A stretch of DNA of 64,000 nucleotides from Thermoanaerobaculia bacterium (lineage in GTDB: Bacteria; Acidobacteriota; Thermoanaerobaculia; Multivoradales; J023): assembly GCA_036397835.1 (NCBI GenBank), contig DASWIG010000188.1, forward strand, positions 18,964 to 82,963, in the 5' to 3' direction. Position numbers and translations under genes: made by a program. The notes under the pieces were generated by a model. It made no database searches and had not been told where the DNA came from. It saw nothing but the letters and a program-made list of their open reading frames with translations. Of the stretch, positions 47,101-55,467 are shown in pieces (within the stretch, counting starts at the first letter, position 1; the number at the start of each line of letters is the position of its first letter).

Positions 47101-47362
47101 CCGGCAGGCGCAGCCCGGGCGGGCAGTGGAAACGGCTCCGCAGGACCTCGTGCCGCGTCACGACGTCTTGCAGGACGCTGCGCAGCCGGGACACCTCGAG
47201 TGGCCCGCGGACGTCGATCTCGAGCCGGGCAGGACAACAGGCCGGGAGAGCACCCGACTCCGGCTCGGCCCCGGCCGCCAGCGCCCACGCCCGCCTCTGT
47301 TGCGGCGACAGGCGGTATCCTCGTACAGGCTCCGGACGATCCACCGATTCCACCGGTTGCAT
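44156..47362 (-). CDS. NRPS, C-like (degenerate, lacks the HH motif)-A-PCP, 1068 aa
   Basis: ATG at 47362, 15 nt after the TauD-like stop. N-terminal ~450 aa has C-domain C1/C2-like motifs (RLSPQQRRAW, VTRHEVLRSRF) but LELTALQADSRGLRQL where HHxxxDG should be. A core LAYVMFTSGSTGEPKGV, PCP FFDLGGHSMRAILI, acidic tail DEEVRDQLADEA. Confidence 0.85.
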   Translation of the reverse strand: MQPVESVDRPEPVRGYRLSPQQRRAWALAAGAEPESGALPACCPARLEIDVRGPLEVSRLRSVLQDVVTRHEVLRSRFHCPPGLRLPVQIVTEAVVELTVADAAETRKSPEPAVGSAIRARLIRLAPERWTLELELTALQADSRGLRQLAAEVAAAYGGGVRQGEEPMRYVDLAEWQNELAHGDDAEQGRRFWANRRPGDTRWLRLPLEGTGGSEPPELRFTSVTLGEGVAAATDRLAERSGVSPAAVILAAWATLLGRLTGRREVPVATCYDGRSYEGLERVIGPLERYLPLRLDCGPRRRFREVAGQAFELTEELYDWQEFYQPQDDVFLPWAFLFEEGETSWRGGEASFSLTHHSALTERFVVRLAVFRRAAGPACSGALDAELAYDAGRLTPDSARRMAERLSTLLAAAVLDPDRFPEDLDVVSPAEREVIEVWSVSSPEVPGRRPADAVRLFLERVEHGPDRIAVICAGQHVSYRRLAAVAGDVACRLRRRGVGPETLVGICLDRSPDMVAGVFGVLMAGGAYVPLDPAYPRERNLRVAELARPALILTRGRLRDALPAPAQVLRLDEDCRDEDREERAPSPEADPQSLAYVMFTSGSTGEPKGVMVSHANLAHYLDSLPEALGVGGDDVFLHTASFAFSSSVRHLLVPLSRGAALVLATDEERSDPKRLLGLARNTAATVMDTVPSLWRGCLKVLGSPAAAGYRPRLALSTGEVLAAEVPREWERRFEDPPRFVNMYGQTETAGMVALHPVPRRFEDPDGMPLGRPIRGVAVFVLDRRSRLSPIGCTGEIHVAGGAPGRGYLRRPALTAERFVPDPHSGRHGSRLLRTGDLGFFDGGGCLRFVGRLDHQVQVRGHRVEPGEIEAALGAHPDVELCAVRARDSGSGEIELAAYVARGVGRDPEPRSLRAFLEERLAPYMVPSRFLVLDELPMTPNGKVDRLALPELEEAAARPYVAPSTELERQLAEIWAAVLAVERVGLHDDFFDLGGHSMRAILIMSRLQERYGVDLPAFRLFEVRTVAQLALLVEELQLADASDEDLAEALQELAELSDEEVRDQLADEA

Positions 47363-47377
47363 GGGCTCTCTCCGCGA

Positions 47378-48448
47378 TCAGGCGTTGCCGGACCACATCT
47401 CGTTCATCGCCGTCAGCAGACGCCTCTCTCCCCGGTACGGGTTGCGTCCGTGGGCGGTCAACATGTTGTCGAGGAGCAGCAGGTCGCCCTGCTGCCAGGG
47501 GAAAACGGCCGCCTCGGCCCACGACGCGCTGCGAAGGTGCCCGACGACCTCGGGCTCGATCGGCGCGCCGTCGCCGTAGAAAGTGCCGTGGGGGAGGCCC
47601 TCCTCTCCCAGTCGGGACTCGAGCGCGCCGCGCACCTCCGGATCGAGGTTCGAGGCGTGAAAGAGCACCACGTGATTGAACCAGACCTCCTCGCCCGTCT
47701 CCGGATGACGGGCCAGAGCGTCACGCACCGCGCGGGTGCGCAGGCGGTTTTCGCCACGCCATTCAAAGGTGATGCCCGAGGCCGAGCAGAAGGCTTCGAC
47801 CTCGGCGCGCCGGTCGGTCTTGAACACGGTGCGCCAGTCAATCCCCAGGCCTTCGCCATAATTGCGCATGTAGAGCACCTTGCGCCGCCGGAAGCGCTCG
47901 CGGACCTGGGGGTCGATGCGCTGAAGGATTTTGCGCGTATCGGCGATGGGCGTCTCTCCGCCTTCCTCCGCCGGAATCTCGCAGAAGAAGAATAGGTTCA
48001 TCGGCCAGGTCTTGGAGTAGGCGAGCTCGCTGTGGAGGAAAATGTCCTGATCGGCCGGATAGTCCGTGGAGGTGTAGACGTTGCCGCGGATAACGCTGCG
48101 CGGCGTCGTGGCATCTCGGTAGACCGCCAGGTCCTCTCGCGAGAAGGCCCGGACCACGGCTTCGAGCTCATCGACCCCCGACAGGTCGAAACCGCGAAAC
48201 AGCACACCGCCGACGGCTCGCTGCCAAGAGCGAGCCACGGCTCGGTTGTCGCTAAGCCAAGCGGCGAGGTCCACGCCGTCGGCGGCCGGGCGCGCCACCA
48301 CGGGCAATCGGCCGTCGGCGGAGGGTTCGAATCGCACCAGGTGCTCCGCCGCGCTCCTCGGAGCCGCGCGAGCGATCCCTGATGGGAGCTTCTTGGGAAG
48401 ACGCTTCGACGTTGTTGCCGTGCTCAATTGCGCACCTCCATGTCGCAT
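47378..48448 (-). CDS. TauD/TfdA-family Fe(II)/2-oxoglutarate-dependent dioxygenase (SyrP-like tailoring enzyme)
   Basis: 356 aa from the ATG at 48448 (overlaps the last 8 codons of the PKS-NRPS; the track ORF is over-extended to 48610 through an R/G-rich stretch). FLHSELAYSKTWPMNLFFFCEIPAEEGGETPIADTRKI and C-terminal LLLLDNMLTAHGRNPYRGERRL are typical of the TauD fold as found in NRPS clusters. Confidence 0.7.
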   Translation of the reverse strand: MRHGGAQLSTATTSKRLPKKLPSGIARAAPRSAAEHLVRFEPSADGRLPVVARPAADGVDLAAWLSDNRAVARSWQRAVGGVLFRGFDLSGVDELEAVVRAFSREDLAVYRDATTPRSVIRGNVYTSTDYPADQDIFLHSELAYSKTWPMNLFFFCEIPAEEGGETPIADTRKILQRIDPQVRERFRRRKVLYMRNYGEGLGIDWRTVFKTDRRAEVEAFCSASGITFEWRGENRLRTRAVRDALARHPETGEEVWFNHVVLFHASNLDPEVRGALESRLGEEGLPHGTFYGDGAPIEPEVVGHLRSASWAEAAVFPWQQGDLLLLDNMLTAHGRNPYRGERRLLTAMNEMWSGNA

Positions 48449-51400
48449 GTCTCGGGTGCCGGCTCTCGGCGAGAGCCGGCCGCCACCGCCGTGGGCACCG
48501 GTTTGCGCCGTCGCTCCCGGGAGGCGAGCTCGCGCCGGCTTTCCTGGCGCAAACGGTCGACCGCCGAGCTCGATCGGAGCTCGGGCTCCCCGGCGATCAG
48601 CTCGAGGCACCGTTCGAAGTCCCGGGCCAGAGCGGCGATCCGTGTTTCCGTGAAGAGGTCCGGGCGGTACTCGAACGCCGCGCCCCGCACTCCGTCGGCC
48701 TGCTCGAAGACGAAGACGGTGAGATCGTACTTCGAGGTACCGCGCGCCGATTCCCAGGGCTTGAGCACCAGACCCGGCAGCTCCATGGGCTCGTCGGGGT
48801 CACGCTGCACGATGAACATCACTTGAAACAGGGGCGCCCGGGTGGGATCGCGGGGCAAATCGAGCTCCGCCACCAGCCTCTCGAGAGGCAGGTCCTGGTG
48901 GGCGTAGCCGCCGAGGGCCACCTCGCGGACCCGTCTGAGCAGTTGGCCGAGCGTCGGATCGCCGTCGAGCCGCGTCCTGAGGACCATGACCGCGGCGAAC
49001 AGGCCGATCAACTCCTGCGTGCCGAGGGCGTTGCGTCCGGTGATCGGAGAGCCCACGAGGAGGTCCTCCTGGCCCGTGTGGCGGTAGAGCAACAAGTAGA
49101 ACCCGGCCAGAAGGGCCATGAAGAGGGTCGCCTCCTCGGCATCGGCCCGGCTCTTCAACCTATTTCCGAGGCCGTCGGCGAAAGCAACCGTATGGCGTGC
49201 GCCGCGAAAGCTCCGGAGCGCGGACCGGGGATAGTCGGCGGGGAGCTCCAAGGCCGCCGGAGCGCCGGTCAACTGGTCCTTCCAATAAGCCAGTTGTCGA
49301 TCGACCCGCTCCGCCGTCATCCAGCGGTCCTGCCACACGGCATATTCCACGTAGCGAAATGTGAGCTCCGGCAGGAGCGCCGGGCGGCCCTCCAGGCGAG
49401 CTCGGTAAAGGGCGACGAGCTCGCGTACGAAGAGGATCTGGGAAAACCGATCGCAGACCAGGTGGTGGAGGGTGATGGCGAGGACGTGCTCGTCGCCTTC
49501 GAGCCGTAGGAGCAAGACCCGTACGAGCGGGCCGCGCTCCAGGTCGAACGGCCGGGCGAGCTCGGCTCGCACCTGCCGGTGCGCCTCGCGTTCGCGGCCG
49601 TCCCTCGCCAGAGCGCTCAGGTCGACCTCCCTCACCAGGCACCGGAGATCGTCCGAAATGGTCTGAGCCGGCGCGTCACCGGCCAAGTGGAAGGTCGCCC
49701 GGAGCTCGTCCTGGCGCCGCGTCAACGCGTCGAGCGCGCTCTGCAGGTCATCGATCCGAAGCCTGCCGGAAAGGCGCAGGACGGTGGGCACGTTATAGGT
49801 CGGCGTGCCGGGGCGCAGGCGTTCGAAGAGCCAGATCTGGCGCTGGTTGAAGGAGAGGGGGAAGGGCCCCGGGCCGTCCCGCCGCTCGATCTCTCCGGCG
49901 GTGTCGCCGCCGTCCTCGCTTCCGAGCTCGGTCACCGCGGCGGCAAGCTCGGCGATGGTCGGGGCTTCGAAGATCGTCCGCAGAGACGGACGGACCGCGA
50001 AGTGCTGCTCGGTGAACGCTACCAGGCGCGTGGCGAGCAGCGAATCGCCACCGAGATCGAAGAAGTTGTCATGGACTCCGACCTCGGACAACCCCAGCAG
50101 GTCGCGCCAGATCGATGCCATTCGATCCTCGAGGTCGGTGCGCGGCGCGACCATGGCGGTGGCCAGGTCGGGCCGCGGGTGATTGGCTCCGGCCTGGGAT
50201 CGGAGCTGGTCGATCCGGTCGAAGTGGCGGCTCGGAGTCTGCTCGGCGAGCGCCCGCAGGCGGGTCGGAAGGTGGCGGGTCGAGATCAGCATTTGCGGCG
50301 GCAGGCGGTACAACCCGAGCAGACGGCGCAGGACCTCGGCACCTTCCCGCGGCCGGATCGCGGCCAGAAGCTCCTCTTCGCGCTCGCCTGCCCGCTCGTG
50401 AGTGTGGGCGAGAGCCGCGCCGATGTCCTGGGTGGCGCCGGCGGCGCCGATGGCGGCGGGATCGACGCGGCGCAGCGTGTACCCCTCGATCTCGACGAGC
50501 ACTTCTCCTTCCAGGTCGAGGAGCGTGAGATCGGTGGTCAGGATCTCGTCGGTCAGGGCTCGCAGGCGGGCATGGCTATAGAACGACCGCGGCAACGGAC
50601 GCAGCGGTCGCAGTCTCTCGTAGCCGTAGGGCAGGTAGAGCCCTTCCGCTCGGCGCTGGACGAAGCCGGTCGCGCCGTCGAGGAGCGCCGGATGGAGGCC
50701 GTAGACCCCGATCTCGGCGGCGAGCTCTTCGGCCAGGGTAATGGTGAGAAGGCCTTGGGAGTCGCCCCAGCGTAGCTGCTTGCTCGTTGTCGTCCAGTGG
50801 GGGCCGAAGAGGAAGGAACCGGACCGCCGATCGGCGCTCGCCGCGGCAGCCTCGTCGAGCTCGCTGCACTCGCGCCGGATCGCTTCCACGTCGACGGCGG
50901 GAATGGGCGAGGCGGTCCGCCGCACGGCCCGGCCCTCGACGTGGCGCACCGGCTCGCTCCCGAGCTCGGCCGAGCGGCTGTCGACGTGGAAGGCGAATCC
51001 GTCGTCGCGACGTTCCAGAGTGAGGTGCGCCCAGCGCTGCCCGGCGTCGGGCACGACCATGGGCTGGAGGAAGTAGACCTGGCGCAGCTCCCACTCGGCG
51101 TCGCCGAGCCTCTCCGCGCAGGCGGCACGGACCATCTCCAGGTATCCCGTGCCCGGCATCACCCCGCCATCGGTGAAGCGGTGCTCGTCGAGGACCCAGA
51201 AGTCCGCGGTGGTCAGCTTCGTGCGGTAGACGATCCTCTCCCCCGAGTCGTAGACGCACTCGCCCAGAAGCGGGTGATCCGGAGCGTAGAGGATCTCTTC
51301 AGGCTCGCCGATCAGCCCGAAGCTGGCCGCCGCTGCCACGGCTTGTCCGACCTCCTGCCAGGCGTCCCAGTTGACGCTCATCACGCGGGTGCCGCCGACG

Positions 51401-54400
51401 AGCGCCGCGGACTGGGCGAAGGCGTCGAGGAAGGAATTGGCGGCCGTGTGGTCGGTGAGACTGAAAGAGCCCGTGATCGCCGTGAGCGACGAGCACAGAA
51501 GAAGAAAGTCCGGCCGCTCGGCAGCGAAGACCCGCTCCAAGACCCGCGTGCCCTGCACCTTGGGAGCCAGGACCTCCGCCATGCGCGCGCGCGTCGTGAT
51601 CTCGAGGAATCCCCCCGGGAAGACGCCGGCGGCATGGAGAATGCCGTCGACGGCGCCGAACCTCCGCCTCACCTCGGCGCGGAGCTGCTCCATCGCCTCG
51701 ACGTCGGTGACGTCGGCCGCGGCAACCAGGACCTCGGCTCCGAGCTCCTGGCAGGCTCGAATCCGCCGGATTCGTCGGCTCACGGGATCGGAGGGCGGGT
51801 TTCCGGCGACGTGGCCGTCCCACGCTGAAGCTGGCGGAAACGCCGACCGGGTCACCAGCACGAGCCGCGCCTGGACGCTGCGGGCGAGCTCCTCGGCCAT
51901 CACCAGGCCCAAGCCGCCGAGGCCGCCCGTGATCAGGTAGACCCCTTGCGACTTGAGCAGAGATCTCGCTTCCCCAGCCGCCCCCGGCACCGGAACGTCG
52001 ACCCTTTCGAAGTCACGCCGCCAGCGCCGCGAGCCGCGATAGGCCACCGGCGAAATCCCGCCCATGTCGTCGAGCTCGCGGCGCACGGCGTCGAGCAGGT
52101 GCTCCTCAAGCCGGCTCTCCGGCGGTGGAAGAGCGAGCTCCAGGCACCGGCATTCGATGCCGGGGAACTCCTGAGGAATGACGGCGCAGGGACCGAGGAT
52201 GGTCGCTTTTTCGGGATGGACTTCATCGTGTCCTGTCACCTGAAAGAGATGGCTCGATAACACCCACAGGCCCAGAGCTTGCGGCGGCCGGCCTGCTGCG
52301 AGCGCCTGCGCCAGGAAGATCAGGCTGTAGAGCCCCAGGTCCAGATCCCGCTCAGGTTCCGGCGCGGCCGGTCCCAGGGTCCAAAGGTGCACGATGCGAT
52401 CGATCTCGTGGCCCTCGGCGCGCAGGTCCGTGAGGAGGTCGCTGTAGCCTCCGGGCTCACCGGGCTCGAGCGTGAAGGCGCCCGGCTCGACCTTGGCGAA
52501 GCGCTCTCCGGCCGCCACCAGCACCACCGTGTGCCCTTCGTCCTCGAGCCTCTCGGCCAGCCGCAGGCCGAAGCCCGCCTCTTCGATGAAGAGCACCCAG
52601 GTGCGCCTCGGCCCGGGCGTCGCCGGCGCCGTCAGCGCCGGAGGCTCCGGCTTCCAGGCCGGTAGGTAGAACCAGTCGTCGAGAGCGGTCTTGGCGAGCG
52701 TCGCCAGGGCCTCGTTGGGCACCGCCGTGTCCAAGCGAGACCGGGCCTCGATCCAGAACCGCTTCCGCTCGAAGGGATAGGTGGGCAGCGGCACGCGACG
52801 TCGGCGCTCCCCGGCCGCGAAGCTCGGCCAGTCGACGACCACGCCGGCGATCCACAGGCGTGCCAGCGCGTCGAGCAGGTACGCCTGGTCGGAATGCCGG
52901 TCGAAGGCGTGGCGCAAGGTGGGTACCGCCAGCCGTTCGACTCCGTCGCTCGCGGGCGCCTGCAGAGCCCAGGAGCTCAGGACCTGGCCGGGTCCGACCT
53001 CGACCAGCGCGCGAGCGGCATCCGCGCCCAACTGCGCGACCCCGGCCGCGAACCGTACGGGTCGGCACAGGTGATCGGCCCAGTAGCCCGGATCGGTCGC
53101 CTGCCCGGCCGTGATCCAGGTCCCGGTCACGTTGGAAACGAAAGGGATGCGCGGCGCCCGGAGGTTCGCTCGCGCGACGCGTTGGCGGAAGGCGGCGACG
53201 ACGGGGCTCATCATGGGGGAATGGAACGCGTGCGTGGTCTCGAGGCGGCGAGCGACGTCCCCTCGCTCTTCCAGCCGCCGGGCCAGGTCGGCGACGGCGT
53301 CCGGGGCCCCGCCCACCACGGTGACTCGCGGGGCGTTGACCGCAGTGATCGACAGGTCGGGCGTCAAGAGAGCTTCGACCTCGGCTTCGGAGATCGACAC
53401 GGCGAGCATCGCGCCGGCCGGCAGGCGGTCGATCATCTCGGCGCGGTCGGCGACCAGAGCGAGGCCGTCCTCGAGGTCGACCACCCCCGCCAGGCAGGCG
53501 GCTACGTACTCGCCGATGCTGAAGCCGAGCATCGCCGCCGGCCGCAGCCCCCACTCCACGAGCAGACGCGCGAGCGCGTACTCCACGGCGAAGAGCACCG
53601 GCTGCGCCAGCCGGGTCCTCAGCAGCTCGCCCGCCGCGCCGCCGTCGCCCTCGGCCGAGCGGCCGATCAAACGGGCGAAGTCGCTCTTGGGGGTGCTCCG
53701 CGCGATCTCGGGGGGATAGAGGACGGTCCGGAAATCGAGCCCCAACCGGGGCTCGAGCAGCTCGGCGCAGCGGTCGATCTGATCGCGGAAAACCGCCTCC
53801 TCGTCATAGAGCTCGCGGGCCATACCCACGTAGTGGTTGCCGAGGCCGGGGAAGAGGAACGCCACGGTGGCCCCCTCCGGCCGCGGCCGGCCGGTGAGCA
53901 GACGGCTCGGATGCTCGCCGCGCAGCAGCGCCGGCACGTCGTCGCCGCAGCGGCAGACCAGGGCGCGGCGGTGCTCGAAGGGCCGCCGGCCGAGCCGCAG
54001 AGTGTGGGCGACGTCCGCCAGCGCCTCCGGCGAGCTCGCCGGGCCGGCGGCGCCCGAAAGGTGCTCGGCCAGCCGGGCGGTCATCGTCGCGAGCGCGGAA
54101 GGCGTGCGGGCCGACCACACCAGGAGCTGGTGAGGCCGGCTGGCGCCGGAAGGCTCCGGAGGGGGCGCTTCCTCGAGCACCAGATGAGCATTGACGCCGC
54201 CCATGGCGAACGAGCTCACGCCCGCGCGGCGCGGCGCGGCCCCGGCGCCCTGCCACTCCCGCCCTTCCGACTGGACGTAGAAAGGGGTCGCGGCGAAGTC
54301 GACGTGGGGATTGGGCGTCGAGAAGTGGAGGCTTGGCGGCAAGAACCGGTGCTCGAGCGCGAGGACCACCTTGAGCAGGCCGGCGACGCCGGCGGCGATG

Positions 54401-55467
54401 TCGAGGTGGCCGATGTTCGTCTTGACCGAGCCGAGAGCGCAGAAGCCCGAGCGCTGCGTGGTCTCGCGGAAGACCTCGCTCAAGGCGGCGACCTCGATCT
54501 GGTCGCCCAACGGGGTGCCGGTGCCGTGGGCTTCGACGTAGGAGATGGTCTCGGCGTCGACTCCGGCCATGGCCTGCGCCATCGCCACCACCTCCGCCTG
54601 GCCGTCGACGCTGGGCGCCGTGTAGCCGGCCTTGAGAGCGCCGTCGTTGTTCATCGCCCAGCCACGGATCACCGCGTGGACGTGGTCGCCGTCTTCGAGG
54701 GCCTCGGCAAGACGCTTCAAGACGACGACGCCGACGCCGCGGCCCGAGACCGTGCCGTTGGCCTCGGCGTCGAAGGCGCGACAACGGCCGTCGGGGCTGA
54801 AGATCCCTTCGTGGGCGACGTAGCCGGATCGGCCGGGCAGGCTCAGCGCTACGCCACCGGCGAGCGCCATGTCGCACTGGTGGTTGAGCAGGCTTTGGCA
54901 GGCGAGAGCGGCGGCGACGAGCGAGGTGGAGCACGCCGTCTGAACGCTGGCGCACGGTCCCTGGAGATTCAGCTTGTAGGCGGTCAGCGAGGCGAGAAAG
55001 TCCTTGTCGTTCAGGATCCGAAGCTGGAAGGTGCTGACGGTTCGGGCCACCTCGGGATTGGCGGCGAGGTGATTGGCAAGGTAGAGGGGCGCACCCATGC
55101 CGCCGAAGACGCCGATCGAGCCGCCATAGGAGAACGGATCGTAGCCGGCGTTCTCCAGCGCCTGCCAGGCGTGCTCGAGGAAGAGGCGGTGGTGCGGATC
55201 GACGATCCGCGCCTCGGCCGGGTTGAAATCGAAGAACGCCGCGTCGAAGCTCTCGAAGCCTTCGATGACGCCGCTGGCGCGGACGTACCGGGGCTCGTTG
55301 AGCAAGAGCGGCGAGACCCCCGCCTCCTCGAGCTCCTCCCGGCGGAAGGAGGTGATCGATTCGACTCCTCCGCACAGGTTCCGCCAGTACTCGTCGAGGT
55401 CGGCGGCCCCGGGAAAGCGGGCCGACATGCCGACGATGGCGATACCTTCGATCCGCGATCCGCTCAT
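48424..55467 (-). CDS. Hybrid PKS-NRPS, 2347 aa: KS-AT(HAFH; GFSIG elbow)-psiKR-KR(Tyr position is His)-DH-like-ACP-C
   Basis: True start ATG at 55467-55465 (MSGSRIEGIAIVGMSARFPGA), overlapping the TGA of the methyltransferase gene (ATGA); the ~700 aa R/G/P-rich N-terminal extension in the track ORF 48424..57582 is a wrong-frame read-through. KS: TACSTSLVAAALACQ, EAHGTGTPLGD, KTNIGHLDIAAG. AT: FLFPGLGNHY, AMLGFSIGEY (53515-53535), HAFHSPMM. KR: GVYLITGGLGGLGL...HAAG and LTDHTAANSFLDAF (His codon CAC at 51450-51448 where the catalytic Tyr is expected). DH-like, after the KR: HPLLGECVY, LDEHRFTDGGVMPGTGYLEM, LHPALLDGATG (50665-50710). ACP NFFDLGGDSLLATRL. C: LSFNQRQIWLF...HHLVCDRFS. Stop TGA 48426-48424. 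Confidence 0.85.
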   Translation of the reverse strand: MSGSRIEGIAIVGMSARFPGAADLDEYWRNLCGGVESITSFRREELEEAGVSPLLLNEPRYVRASGVIEGFESFDAAFFDFNPAEARIVDPHHRLFLEHAWQALENAGYDPFSYGGSIGVFGGMGAPLYLANHLAANPEVARTVSTFQLRILNDKDFLASLTAYKLNLQGPCASVQTACSTSLVAAALACQSLLNHQCDMALAGGVALSLPGRSGYVAHEGIFSPDGRCRAFDAEANGTVSGRGVGVVVLKRLAEALEDGDHVHAVIRGWAMNNDGALKAGYTAPSVDGQAEVVAMAQAMAGVDAETISYVEAHGTGTPLGDQIEVAALSEVFRETTQRSGFCALGSVKTNIGHLDIAAGVAGLLKVVLALEHRFLPPSLHFSTPNPHVDFAATPFYVQSEGREWQGAGAAPRRAGVSSFAMGGVNAHLVLEEAPPPEPSGASRPHQLLVWSARTPSALATMTARLAEHLSGAAGPASSPEALADVAHTLRLGRRPFEHRRALVCRCGDDVPALLRGEHPSRLLTGRPRPEGATVAFLFPGLGNHYVGMARELYDEEAVFRDQIDRCAELLEPRLGLDFRTVLYPPEIARSTPKSDFARLIGRSAEGDGGAAGELLRTRLAQPVLFAVEYALARLLVEWGLRPAAMLGFSIGEYVAACLAGVVDLEDGLALVADRAEMIDRLPAGAMLAVSISEAEVEALLTPDLSITAVNAPRVTVVGGAPDAVADLARRLEERGDVARRLETTHAFHSPMMSPVVAAFRQRVARANLRAPRIPFVSNVTGTWITAGQATDPGYWADHLCRPVRFAAGVAQLGADAARALVEVGPGQVLSSWALQAPASDGVERLAVPTLRHAFDRHSDQAYLLDALARLWIAGVVVDWPSFAAGERRRRVPLPTYPFERKRFWIEARSRLDTAVPNEALATLAKTALDDWFYLPAWKPEPPALTAPATPGPRRTWVLFIEEAGFGLRLAERLEDEGHTVVLVAAGERFAKVEPGAFTLEPGEPGGYSDLLTDLRAEGHEIDRIVHLWTLGPAAPEPERDLDLGLYSLIFLAQALAAGRPPQALGLWVLSSHLFQVTGHDEVHPEKATILGPCAVIPQEFPGIECRCLELALPPPESRLEEHLLDAVRRELDDMGGISPVAYRGSRRWRRDFERVDVPVPGAAGEARSLLKSQGVYLITGGLGGLGLVMAEELARSVQARLVLVTRSAFPPASAWDGHVAGNPPSDPVSRRIRRIRACQELGAEVLVAAADVTDVEAMEQLRAEVRRRFGAVDGILHAAGVFPGGFLEITTRARMAEVLAPKVQGTRVLERVFAAERPDFLLLCSSLTAITGSFSLTDHTAANSFLDAFAQSAALVGGTRVMSVNWDAWQEVGQAVAAAASFGLIGEPEEILYAPDHPLLGECVYDSGERIVYRTKLTTADFWVLDEHRFTDGGVMPGTGYLEMVRAACAERLGDAEWELRQVYFLQPMVVPDAGQRWAHLTLERRDDGFAFHVDSRSAELGSEPVRHVEGRAVRRTASPIPAVDVEAIRRECSELDEAAAASADRRSGSFLFGPHWTTTSKQLRWGDSQGLLTITLAEELAAEIGVYGLHPALLDGATGFVQRRAEGLYLPYGYERLRPLRPLPRSFYSHARLRALTDEILTTDLTLLDLEGEVLVEIEGYTLRRVDPAAIGAAGATQDIGAALAHTHERAGEREEELLAAIRPREGAEVLRRLLGLYRLPPQMLISTRHLPTRLRALAEQTPSRHFDRIDQLRSQAGANHPRPDLATAMVAPRTDLEDRMASIWRDLLGLSEVGVHDNFFDLGGDSLLATRLVAFTEQHFAVRPSLRTIFEAPTIAELAAAVTELGSEDGGDTAGEIERRDGPGPFPLSFNQRQIWLFERLRPGTPTYNVPTVLRLSGRLRIDDLQSALDALTRRQDELRATFHLAGDAPAQTISDDLRCLVREVDLSALARDGREREAHRQVRAELARPFDLERGPLVRVLLLRLEGDEHVLAITLHHLVCDRFSQILFVRELVALYRARLEGRPALLPELTFRYVEYAVWQDRWMTAERVDRQLAYWKDQLTGAPAALELPADYPRSALRSFRGARHTVAFADGLGNRLKSRADAEEATLFMALLAGFYLLLYRHTGQEDLLVGSPITGRNALGTQELIGLFAAVMVLRTRLDGDPTLGQLLRRVREVALGGYAHQDLPLERLVAELDLPRDPTRAPLFQVMFIVQRDPDEPMELPGLVLKPWESARGTSKYDLTVFVFEQADGVRGAAFEYRPDLFTETRIAALARDFERCLELIAGEPELRSSSAVDRLRQESRRELASRERRRKPVPTAVAAGSRREPAPETCDMEVRN
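50300..51180 (-). other. DH-like domain located C-terminal to the KR
   Basis: HPLLG N-terminal motif, HxxxDGxxxP (HRFTDGGVMP) and HPALLDGA motifs; position confirmed at nucleotide level (50665-50710 encodes GVYGLHPALLDGAT). Confidence 0.6.
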
